49,166 bases of DNA from Promethearchaeota archaeon (GTDB taxonomy: Archaea; Asgardarchaeota; Lokiarchaeia; Sigyniarchaeales; SOKP01). Below are positions 1 through 8,131 of this stretch, one piece after another. Positions within the stretch are counted from its first letter, which is position 1. Each line of letters starts with the position of its first letter. Where the stretch lies: contig JABXKD010000017.1 in NCBI GenBank assembly GCA_013375475.1, positions 1 through 49,166 of the forward strand. Reading direction: 5' to 3'. Below the pieces are notes generated by a model. It was given only the letters and a program-made list of their open reading frames with translations, made no database searches and had not been told where the DNA came from. The translations under genes and the position numbers were made by a program.

Positions 1-72
1 ACTAAGCAAATTAGGGATTATTCTATTGATGACGACGATGAAATAGCCCTTATTCCATCGAGAAATAAATAG
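1..72 (+). CDS. 3' end of a ubiquitin-like domain protein (5'-truncated by the window edge)
   Basis: Frame 1 reads TKQIRDYSIDDDDEIALIPSRNK*, which aligns with the C-terminus of the neighbouring Ubl (QLKDYNVNDNDDILLIPASVAG). Not in the ORF track. Confidence 0.7.
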   Translation, partial: TKQIRDYSIDDDDEIALIPSRNK

Positions 73-113
73 AATGAAAAAATATTGTAATAATTTTATT
101 TCCTTCTAAAAAT

Positions 114-515
114 TCAACCAGCAACGCTAGCTGGAATTAATAAAATGTCGTCGTTATCGTTGACATTATAGTCTTTTAATTGGTCATTCTCATCCATTGT
201 AACTCCCCCTGAAGACAAATGAAAATCAGACGGATCTAAAGCAAATAAATTCGCTACGGTTTCTTTGATATCACTTACCTTATTAACATCATTGATAAGT
301 AATTTTTGTTTTTTCTCTCCTGGTCCTATTGTTGATAGGAAAAAAATTGAGATCTTCTTTCCTTCAGAAGGGGGTTTGCGTTCTGGAGTTTTAACTCTAA
401 AATCATCTGTAGGAGATTTTGAATCAGCTTCATCGAGATCTTCGTCCAAATTTTCATCAAAATCCTCATCTAATTCTTCGTCGAATTCATCTTCAAAATC
501 CTCGTCAAAATCCAT
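114..515 (-). CDS. Ubiquitin-like (beta-grasp) protein with acidic N-terminal tail, ending in a single Gly
   Basis: Ubl pattern KVSDIKETVANLF...FHLSSGGVTMDENDQLKDYNVNDNDDILLIP; C-terminus SVAG. Confidence 0.75.
   Translation of the reverse strand: MDFDEDFEDEFDEELDEDFDENLDEDLDEADSKSPTDDFRVKTPERKPPSEGKKISIFFLSTIGPGEKKQKLLINDVNKVSDIKETVANLFALDPSDFHLSSGGVTMDENDQLKDYNVNDNDDILLIPASVAG
426..512 (-). repeat. Degenerate 12-nt / 4-residue acidic coding repeat (x[FL]DE, about 7 copies)
   Basis: DFDE DFED EFDE ELDE DFDE NLDE DLDE at the N-terminus of the Ubl. Confidence 0.7.
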
Positions 516-694
516 TAGATTAACACCATAAATTTAGATTACTTAATTTTATATATCTTTTAAAAAATAATAGAATTCAAGTTATATAAATAAACTTAAC
601 TTAACCAAAAAAAATCTCAAATTTAAATTACAAACACTTTAGAATTCGAATCAATATAATATTATTAATTAATTACATGAGTTAAAGAATTATC

Positions 695-1798
695 ATGAAG
701 GATAAACCTATTCCCAAGTATCAAATTCGAGAAAAAACACCCGAAGAGCAACTAGACGAAATTTCTGATGCGAAATTACTCAAAAAAATCAAAGAAGAAA
801 GAATAAAGTTAAATAAAGAGAAAATTGAATGGGAGAATGTTATCAGTAAGGTTGAGGGATATCAAGATAATATTCAAGATTTAGAAAAAAAAAGAAAGGA
901 AAAAGAACTTCAACTAAGAAATCTTCAAAATGAACATGAACAACTTAATAGCAAACTGAACAACATGAGAAACGAGTTAAAAGAGAGTAAAAATAATCTC
1001 AATGAGAAAGAAAGAGAGTTAGATCAGAAAAATGCCGACTTAGAGCGATATCAAGAGAGATTAGATGGATTAAGAGACGAATTAGAAAGTGAGAAGAAAT
1101 ATATAGCAAAAGAAAAAGAAAATGCAAAAGAAAGAATAAAAGAAATTAAAACCAAATTACCCGGGATGGAACGGAGAGAGAGTGCGTTAGAGAGGACAAA
1201 TGAAAAACTGGAAAACAATCTAATGGAATTAAGGAACGAAACTAAGAGTTTAACGCGAGAAAGAGACAACTTGAACAAAGAAATAAGTAGTATGAGAAGA
1301 GATATATTAGACGAAAAAAATCGAATTGAAGATGAGAAAAGAAGATTAAAAGATGAAAAGGAAAAGGTCCGCTATAAGAAAAAAGATTTAAATCTTAAAG
1401 CTCGTGAAATTGAGAAAAAAAAAGAGAAATTGGGGAAATTTAAAGATAATGTAGATAATGATGTTAGAAATTTAGAAAAAAAGAAAAAGGGGCAAGAAAC
1501 AAGATTAAAAGAATTAGATAGGAAAGTACCTAAAGCTGAAAATACTTATTTTTCGTTAGAAGATAAAATTAGTAGTTCGGAAAGTAAACTGAAAAGCTTA
1601 AAAGATGAAATTAGGAAATTGGAAAAAGAAAAATCAAAAATAGAGGATGAAAAATTTTCAATTAGAAAAGAAAGGCAAAGATTAGACAGTGATAAGGAGA
1701 GATTTCTTAAAGAGAAAAGAGATTTTGAGAGAGAACTAAGAAAAGCAAAAGAAATACCGAAATACAAAATTAAATCTAAAACGCCTTCGAGATATTAA
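695..1798 (+). CDS. Long coiled-coil protein with a matching motif at both termini
   Basis: E/K/R/L-rich heptads through nearly the whole 367 aa, no P-loop; IPKYxIxxKTP at both ends. Confidence 0.8.
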   Translation: MKDKPIPKYQIREKTPEEQLDEISDAKLLKKIKEERIKLNKEKIEWENVISKVEGYQDNIQDLEKKRKEKELQLRNLQNEHEQLNSKLNNMRNELKESKNNLNEKERELDQKNADLERYQERLDGLRDELESEKKYIAKEKENAKERIKEIKTKLPGMERRESALERTNEKLENNLMELRNETKSLTRERDNLNKEISSMRRDILDEKNRIEDEKRRLKDEKEKVRYKKKDLNLKAREIEKKKEKLGKFKDNVDNDVRNLEKKKKGQETRLKELDRKVPKAENTYFSLEDKISSSESKLKSLKDEIRKLEKEKSKIEDEKFSIRKERQRLDSDKERFLKEKRDFERELRKAKEIPKYKIKSKTPSRY

Positions 1799-2859
1799 TG
1801 AGTAAATTTGGGGGACTTATGAAGATTCCAAAAGGAATTGAAGGGGACTACCTTGAGACAAAAGAAAACAACCTTTTTTTCGATATTAAAGGTTATCACC
1901 ATCCCCGAGACCGGAAAATTTGTTTTTTAAGATTTTATCCAGATAAAAATGGAGATAGATCAAAGGAAGGCAAAAATTATAAAAAAATCTATTCCTTGAA
2001 TGATAGATATTTGAAGTTAAGAGAAGATTATCCTCAATTTCTTTTTTATTCAAACCAACTTGATTTAGAGCTACAGGGTGTAAAAAATGAAGATATAAAG
2101 AAAGTTTATACTCCTCGAGAATACTACGATGCCTTAAAAATGAGGAAAGATTTGTCAGAAATCGAAAAACATTCTAAAAATATGTGTGAATTATTAATCA
2201 CAATCGGTTCCATACCAGAAGATGCGATCGGTATTTCTGGTTCCCCCATGATAGGATTGAGTAAAGATAATTCTGACATAGATTTAATAATATATGGAAC
2301 ACGTGCAAGTTTAGAGTTTCAAGATAAATTAAAAGCAATGCTCCTTACTTCAAGCAATTTCAGGACTTATAATTATAATGAATACAAAACTCATTATGAT
2401 TGGAGGGTAGGAGGTTCTGGTATAAGTTTCGAAAATTTTTTGAAGAGCGAAAAAAGAAAGTTACATCAAGGAAAATTCCATGGAATTGATTTTTTTATAA
2501 GATATATCAAAAGCCCTAGTGATTGGAATGGAACTTTCTACGATTATGAATTTAAGAATCTCGGAAGGATTAAAATAAAAGCAAAAATAATTAAATCAAC
2601 TAATTCAATTTTTACTCCTTGTGCTTATAAGATTGAGTGCTTAAAAGTTCTGGAAACTAAAATCAATGGTAATCGTATTAATTTCAATAACCTAAATGAA
2701 ATAAATTCTTTTCGGGGAAGGTTTTGTGAACAAGCAACTAAAGGAGAATCTGTATTTGTTGAGGGAAAATTAGAAGAAGTAAAATTTAAAACTAGAACTT
2801 ATCTTAGAATTTTGTTAACAAGCCAAAAACACGATAAAATGGTAGTAATTAACTCATAA
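1798..2859 (+). CDS. Predicted archaeal nucleotidyltransferase (Pol beta-like, COG1665-like)
   Basis: GISGS...SDIDLIIYG motif and a C-terminal beta-rich domain (FRGRFCEQA..GE.V.VEGKLE). Overlaps the upstream stop (TAATG); alternative start at 1819. Confidence 0.8.
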   Translation: MSKFGGLMKIPKGIEGDYLETKENNLFFDIKGYHHPRDRKICFLRFYPDKNGDRSKEGKNYKKIYSLNDRYLKLREDYPQFLFYSNQLDLELQGVKNEDIKKVYTPREYYDALKMRKDLSEIEKHSKNMCELLITIGSIPEDAIGISGSPMIGLSKDNSDIDLIIYGTRASLEFQDKLKAMLLTSSNFRTYNYNEYKTHYDWRVGGSGISFENFLKSEKRKLHQGKFHGIDFFIRYIKSPSDWNGTFYDYEFKNLGRIKIKAKIIKSTNSIFTPCAYKIECLKVLETKINGNRINFNNLNEINSFRGRFCEQATKGESVFVEGKLEEVKFKTRTYLRILLTSQKHDKMVVINS

Positions 2860-2934
2860 TTAATAGTTATTTTTAAAATCCAAAAAAATAATAGTGATAA
2901 AACTTTATTTTTCTAAGCAATATCTGGTTTTAAA

Positions 2935-4011
2935 ATGATTGAGAGATATAAGAAGTCAGCAGAATTAGATCCTAATGACGCTGATGCGTGGATCAATTTA
3001 GCGGATGCATATTACGACGAAAATGAATATAAGGCTGCAATAGAAGCGTATCAAAGAGCGATAGATATCAATCCTTACTTTCCCGAGGTATGGAATAATC
3101 TTGGACTTTCGTATAGCATGTTGCGCCAATTTAAAGAAGCTATAAAGTGTTATCAGAAATCAATCGAAATAGAACCTGACGATGCAATCGCTTACTATAA
3201 CATGGGATTTGCTTATGAAGACTTAAAAGATTACGATAACGCATTAAAATACTACAAAATTGCGTTAGAATACGAACCTAGCTACACTGATGTCTGGAAT
3301 AATATAGCGTTAATATATAGAGAAAATGAGCAATATAATGAAGCAATAAAGTGCTACAAAAAAGCGTTAAAAATTAATCCGGATGAACAACTTCTTTACA
3401 ACAATCTAGCCATAATATATTACGATAACCAGAATTACGACGAAGCAATAAAATACTATAATAAAGCAATAGATCTTGATCCTAATAACGCTGAATTATG
3501 GTTTGATCTAGGGGATGTTGCTTATGAGCAAAGTGATAATTACGATCTGGCGATAAAATGCTACAAAAAGGCGACAGAACTAAATCCCACCTTTATCGAG
3601 GCTTGGAATAACTTAGGGTTATCATACACATTTACCGAAGAATTTGAACAGTCAATTAAATGTTATGAGAAAGCGTTAGATCTTCAAGAAGAAGATGCTG
3701 TGTTATACGAAAATTTAGCATTCAGTTACAGTGCGTTAAACGATTACGATAAAGCAATATTGTATTACCAAAACACACTTAGGATGGATCCAGATAATAT
3801 CAATACTCATAAGAAATTAGGTATAATTTTTTGTGATGTTAAAAATAATTACGACGAAGCTATAATACATTTTGATAAAGTAATCTCTCTTGATCCTTCA
3901 GATGTGGATTATTGGGAGTCAGTAGCTCGTTGCCACGAGAAATTGGGAAATTTTGAGAAAGCTAAAGAGTGGATTGAAATTGGTTCAAGATTAAAAGCAA
4001 ATGATATTTAA
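2935..4011 (+). CDS. Tetratricopeptide repeat protein (about 10 TPRs)
   Basis: Repeated 34-aa units of the form W/YxNLG..Y......EAIKCYxKALxxxP. Confidence 0.92.
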   Translation: MIERYKKSAELDPNDADAWINLADAYYDENEYKAAIEAYQRAIDINPYFPEVWNNLGLSYSMLRQFKEAIKCYQKSIEIEPDDAIAYYNMGFAYEDLKDYDNALKYYKIALEYEPSYTDVWNNIALIYRENEQYNEAIKCYKKALKINPDEQLLYNNLAIIYYDNQNYDEAIKYYNKAIDLDPNNAELWFDLGDVAYEQSDNYDLAIKCYKKATELNPTFIEAWNNLGLSYTFTEEFEQSIKCYEKALDLQEEDAVLYENLAFSYSALNDYDKAILYYQNTLRMDPDNINTHKKLGIIFCDVKNNYDEAIIHFDKVISLDPSDVDYWESVARCHEKLGNFEKAKEWIEIGSRLKANDI

Positions 4012-4035
4012 CAGATTGTAATTTAAGATTAACTA

Positions 4036-5346
4036 ATGGATTTTTTTAATTCTGATTTACACATTCACTCACCTCATTCTATAGCAGTATCTAAAAAGTT
4101 AAATTTAGATAGTATGGTTGAGACGAGTAAGAAAAAAGGGCTTCATATCCTTGGAACCGGAGATGTGTTGCAACCTGATTGGTTAAACTATTTAGAAAAG
4201 AATTTGAAAAAAGACAATGACGGAGCTTTCTCATATAAAGATATTTACTTTATTTTGCAGACTGAAATTGAAGATCAAGAGAGCGTTCATGAAGTAGTTT
4301 TTTTTCCTGATTTTTCTACAGTAAAAGAAGTTCAAAAAAAGATTAGTCCCTATTCAAAAAATATGTTAGACGAGTGGGGGGGACGTCCAAGGGTGGATCT
4401 ATCTCCTGCTGAATTAGTTGATATTATTACTGACTATGGTGCAATTATTGGGCCCGCACATGCATTTACGCCATTTAAGGCAATATTTCGTCAAAAAAAG
4501 TATGAAACTATCGAAGAGTGTTATCAAGATGCCGTAAAAAAAGTTAAATTTTTAGAGTTAGGGTTATCTGCTAATACTGATTTAGCTGACAGATTAGATT
4601 GCCTTAAACAAATATCTTTTCTTAGCAATAGCGATGCACATTCTGAAAACCCCCGATCCTTAGGAAGAGAATACAATAAACTTAAAATGGATAATCCATC
4701 TTTTGAAGAATTAGTTTTAGCAATTGAAAGAAAGAATCAACGTAAAGTTGAATTGAACGTAGGACTTCATCCAAAGTTAGGTAAATATTTTAATATGTTT
4801 TGCCACAAATGTAGGAGAAGAATATTGTTTAAAAAAACAGAAAAACAAGGGATTTCTCTATTCAATCAGTATTCTATCACAGAAGATTTTATTAAAGTTC
4901 TGACAAACAACCCTAACAAGGCAAAAAAAGAATATATCGATAGTGTTTCCAAGGAAAAAGTAACATGTCCAGCATGTAAGGAAAAAATCAATAAAAACAT
5001 TAAAATTAAATTGGGTGTAAGTGAACGTATTGAAGTAATTTCTACATCCTCAGAACCGATACACCCTGACCATAGACCGCAATATATAAATGCCGTACCA
5101 TTAATTGACATTATTCGAGCTGTTAAAAATATTAAAAGTGCTTCAAGCACGACTGTGTTAAACACTTATAATAAGATAATAAACGAATTAGGAACAGAGT
5201 TTGATATTATAATAGAAGTTCCTATTGAAGATATCAAAAAATTCGACGAAAAAATCGCTAAAGTTATTGTAGCAATAAGAGAGAACAAAATTGAATACAC
5301 GCCGGGTGGGGGCGGGACTTACGGGGAGATTCAACTTAGTGTTTAG
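4036..5346 (+). CDS. Endonuclease Q-like PHP-domain protein (TIGR00375 family)
   Basis: DLHIHS, GTGD, PAHAFTP, SNSDAHS, LGKY-CxxC...CPxC-GVxERI and PGGGGTYG motifs. Confidence 0.88.
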   Translation: MDFFNSDLHIHSPHSIAVSKKLNLDSMVETSKKKGLHILGTGDVLQPDWLNYLEKNLKKDNDGAFSYKDIYFILQTEIEDQESVHEVVFFPDFSTVKEVQKKISPYSKNMLDEWGGRPRVDLSPAELVDIITDYGAIIGPAHAFTPFKAIFRQKKYETIEECYQDAVKKVKFLELGLSANTDLADRLDCLKQISFLSNSDAHSENPRSLGREYNKLKMDNPSFEELVLAIERKNQRKVELNVGLHPKLGKYFNMFCHKCRRRILFKKTEKQGISLFNQYSITEDFIKVLTNNPNKAKKEYIDSVSKEKVTCPACKEKINKNIKIKLGVSERIEVISTSSEPIHPDHRPQYINAVPLIDIIRAVKNIKSASSTTVLNTYNKIINELGTEFDIIIEVPIEDIKKFDEKIAKVIVAIRENKIEYTPGGGGTYGEIQLSV

Positions 5347-5418
5347 ATATTACAATACTTGCAGTAAAGCTTATACTAATTTTTGTGACAGAAAATAGGT
5401 ATTATCTTACTGAATTAG

Positions 5419-5658
5419 CTATATTTCAAACTCCAAATTGAGATTTAAAAGTTCTCCACATTTAGAGCAAGTCATGAAATCAAATATTTTGAAAGCAACT
5501 ACCATAAGCTCCAAGTCTTTTCTAGGAAATTTGTTTTTAAACTTTTTTTTATAATCTCCAGACGGACAACTGATGATGGCTCTGACTTTTATTACATCCT
5601 CTCCTTCTGAATCTATGAATGAAGAATCCGTTGCGTTATTATTCAGTTCAGTTTCCAT
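5419..5658 (-). CDS. Small hypothetical protein with a degenerate Zn-ribbon
   Basis: 79 aa; CPSG...CSKCG; GAGG just upstream of the ATG. Confidence 0.6.
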   Translation of the reverse strand: METELNNNATDSSFIDSEGEDVIKVRAIISCPSGDYKKKFKNKFPRKDLELMVVAFKIFDFMTCSKCGELLNLNLEFEI

Positions 5659-5871
5659 ATTTCAATTAACCTCAAGCATAAAAAATATAGTCTTCAGTCT
5701 TTTAAATTTATGCTGTCCGATATATATCCTTTTTCTCTCACAAATAAGTAGAAATTTAGAAATAACCTTGATGTTATCGATTTTCAATATTACATGCATA
5801 TTACTTCCTTATATTATTTGGATATAATACACATATTATTAACTAATTACTCCTACTTATGGTAACTTTTT

Positions 5872-7014
5872 ATGGATGATGACGAATTTGATCTAAGCAA
5901 AATCGTAAATTCAAGAGTATCGGTTAGATCCCGGTTTAAAGAAATTGCCCAACACAATATAAATTCTAACAACTCTTCAAATTTAGATAATGATACGTAC
6001 CTTTCAGACTTACTTAAAGTTATAAAAATAAAATCTTTAATCATCGGAGTGGGCGGAGCAGGTAATAATACCGTATCAAGAATGCAAGATTTTGATTCAG
6101 AATTAGTAGAAACTTTAAATGTTAATACGGATGCGCACGATTTATATTACTCAAATTCTAATCAAAAACTACTGATTGGAAAGGAAATTTGCAACGGGTT
6201 AGGCTCAGGCAACGATCCGAGCGTTGGTACTGCAGCTGCTGAAGAAGATGTAGATCGTCTTTCTCAAGTTTTAAACGCTGATGTAGTTTTTTTAACTTTT
6301 GGTTTGGGAGGAGGTACTGGTACTGGAGCTGCTCCTGTTATAGCAAGGGAAGCAAAGAAAAATAAAGCTACTGTTGTTTCCTTTTGCTCTGTTCCTTTTT
6401 CATCTGAGGGAACCGAAAGAAGTTTAAGAGCCAGGAGAGGTTTAGAAGAGCTCATGAAATATTCTGATACTTTAATACCAATTCCAAACAACAATCTTCT
6501 GCGTTTTAATCAAAAATTACCTATTTTAGCTGGTTTTAAGATAATGGACGAAGTATTAATTCGATCCATTAAAGAAATAATTAATTTAATAAATAACTGC
6601 GGTTTGATTAACATTGATTACGCTGATGTAAGAAAAGTCCTTGAGAAAAAAGGAGCCTACCCTTCTGGATTAATAGGTATCACAGAATCTTTAGGGGAAG
6701 AAGCTGATCTAATAAAAAAGGCAAAACTAGCATTACATAATCCTCTCTTAGAGCCAGATACTAAAAAAGTTGATAAATGTATTGTTTCGGTTTCAGGAGA
6801 TCATCAATTATCGCTTAGTAAAATTGATAGGATTATCTCAACAATTTCCGGTGAAATCCCAGAGGATGCTTCACTTAAATTTGGAACTTCGTTAAATCCA
6901 ACTTTAGGATCGAAAATCAGGATTATGGCGTTAGGTCGAGGCCCAATCTCGCCATATGTACAAGCAGCAATACATGGGACTGAATTTCCACACTCTAATA
7001 TAGGTAGTCTGTAA
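5872..7014 (+). CDS. ftsZ: Cell division GTPase FtsZ
   Basis: GVGGAGNN, NTD, GLGGGTGTG signature, PFxxEG and T7 loop GLINIDYAD. Confidence 0.93.
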   Translation: MDDDEFDLSKIVNSRVSVRSRFKEIAQHNINSNNSSNLDNDTYLSDLLKVIKIKSLIIGVGGAGNNTVSRMQDFDSELVETLNVNTDAHDLYYSNSNQKLLIGKEICNGLGSGNDPSVGTAAAEEDVDRLSQVLNADVVFLTFGLGGGTGTGAAPVIAREAKKNKATVVSFCSVPFSSEGTERSLRARRGLEELMKYSDTLIPIPNNNLLRFNQKLPILAGFKIMDEVLIRSIKEIINLINNCGLINIDYADVRKVLEKKGAYPSGLIGITESLGEEADLIKKAKLALHNPLLEPDTKKVDKCIVSVSGDHQLSLSKIDRIISTISGEIPEDASLKFGTSLNPTLGSKIRIMALGRGPISPYVQAAIHGTEFPHSNIGSL

Positions 7015-7134
7015 AGAACATCTATATAGGGCGAATGAATTATAATCCAACTTTACCATTCAATAAGCTTTTTTTAAAAAAATCCTTATTACTAATAACA
7101 ATAGTACTAAGGTGAATTTATCATAGAAAATAAA

Positions 7135-7572
7135 ATGCCAAAAGAAGATTTAAAAAAAGCAATTCAAGATTTTTTAGATAAAAGAAAGATACTCGTACTT
7201 TGTACCTGTTCAGATAATATACCTAGAGCTACACCTATGGATTTTTATATAGATAAGAAATCTAATAATTTTAATATCTATGTAGGACCTGCCCCTGGGA
7301 GAAAAGTAAAGAATATCGAAGAAAATCCAAACATCAGTATTGGAATATATACGCCAATGGATACGGGTAAAATACAGGGTATGCAAATTACAGCATCCGG
7401 GAAAGATAAGCTGATCTTTTTAAGGGATGGGGACGAAGAGTTTGATAAGGTTCAAAAAATTGTCCGTGGAAAAAGAAAACTCCTCTTAAAAATAATTCCA
7501 GAAAAAATCGAACTCCTTGATTACGATTTCGCAAAAGACGGATATTCTCGACTTCAAACATTAGACCTTTAG
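7135..7572 (+). CDS. Pyridoxamine 5'-phosphate oxidase-like FMN-binding split-barrel protein
   Basis: LCTCSDNIPRATP...RKVKNIEENPNISIGI...GMQITA pattern. Confidence 0.8.
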   Translation: MPKEDLKKAIQDFLDKRKILVLCTCSDNIPRATPMDFYIDKKSNNFNIYVGPAPGRKVKNIEENPNISIGIYTPMDTGKIQGMQITASGKDKLIFLRDGDEEFDKVQKIVRGKRKLLLKIIPEKIELLDYDFAKDGYSRLQTLDL

Positions 7573-7616
7573 ATTGAAACTATAATAAAAAAAAGAATTA
7601 AATTATTTTAAAAGAT

Positions 7617-7925
7617 CTATTTCTTTAAAAATTCTTTAATAGCCTCATCTGCTTCCGCAAGTAACTCCATTTTAAAAGTATATCCCTCTACAGAAGCATA
7701 AAAGATATGTCTTTTTGCTAAAGCAGCCATACTTTCAATAACTTTATCATCTGGACATTCATATACTGCGTATATTTTTTGTTTTCCACGAGTTATTTGT
7801 GCGGCCCAATTTTCTACTTTTTTCAAGAAATCAGGGTAAGCAGGCTTGTCAGTTCTCATATAGGCTTTGATATTTTCGTTTAACTTATTGTGAGGGTATT
7901 TTCCAATCACCATAATTTTAACCAT
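7617..7925 (-). CDS. Hypothetical protein
   Basis: 102-aa ORF with a GGGTGA SD-like element upstream; no recognised motif. Confidence 0.65.
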   Translation of the reverse strand: MVKIMVIGKYPHNKLNENIKAYMRTDKPAYPDFLKKVENWAAQITRGKQKIYAVYECPDDKVIESMAALAKRHIFYASVEGYTFKMELLAEADEAIKEFLKK

Positions 7926-8131
7926 ATTGTTTTCACCCTTCTAAATCTGTTACTACTTTTGTTAAGAAATAATATGATAATCTTATATAAAAATTTTAAC
8001 AATTCCGTCAAAAGATAATCTCTCTACTTCCAAATTTGAAGTCCTTAAATTTAAGAAAAAGATTTTAGGAAGTCATTAATTGTATTAATTAATAATATCA
8101 GATGATAATCAACACTTAGCTTTTGATCCAC

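Noticed and set aside
426-512. ATG8-interacting (LIR/AIM) motifs in the acidic tail
   Set aside because: Hydrophobic spacing is i,i+4, not the [WFY]xx[LIV] pattern.
265-531. Ser-rich + strand ORF, and the many other short antisense ORFs in the track (e.g. 1051-1278, 13958-14287, 26791-27204, 44964-45422)
   Set aside because: Shadows of well-supported genes on the opposite strand, with no motifs of their own.
695-1798. SMC/Rad50 ATPase
   Set aside because: No Walker A/B, hinge or zinc-hook motifs.
1798-4011. Nucleotidyltransferase plus TPR as a CBASS-like or toxin-antitoxin defence system
   Set aside because: The NTase looks like the conserved archaeal COG1665 type; no HEPN, CARF/SAVED or effector gene is adjacent.
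5872-7014. Tubulin or CetZ rather than FtsZ
   Set aside because: GGAGNN, PFxxEG and INIDYAD motifs are FtsZ-type.
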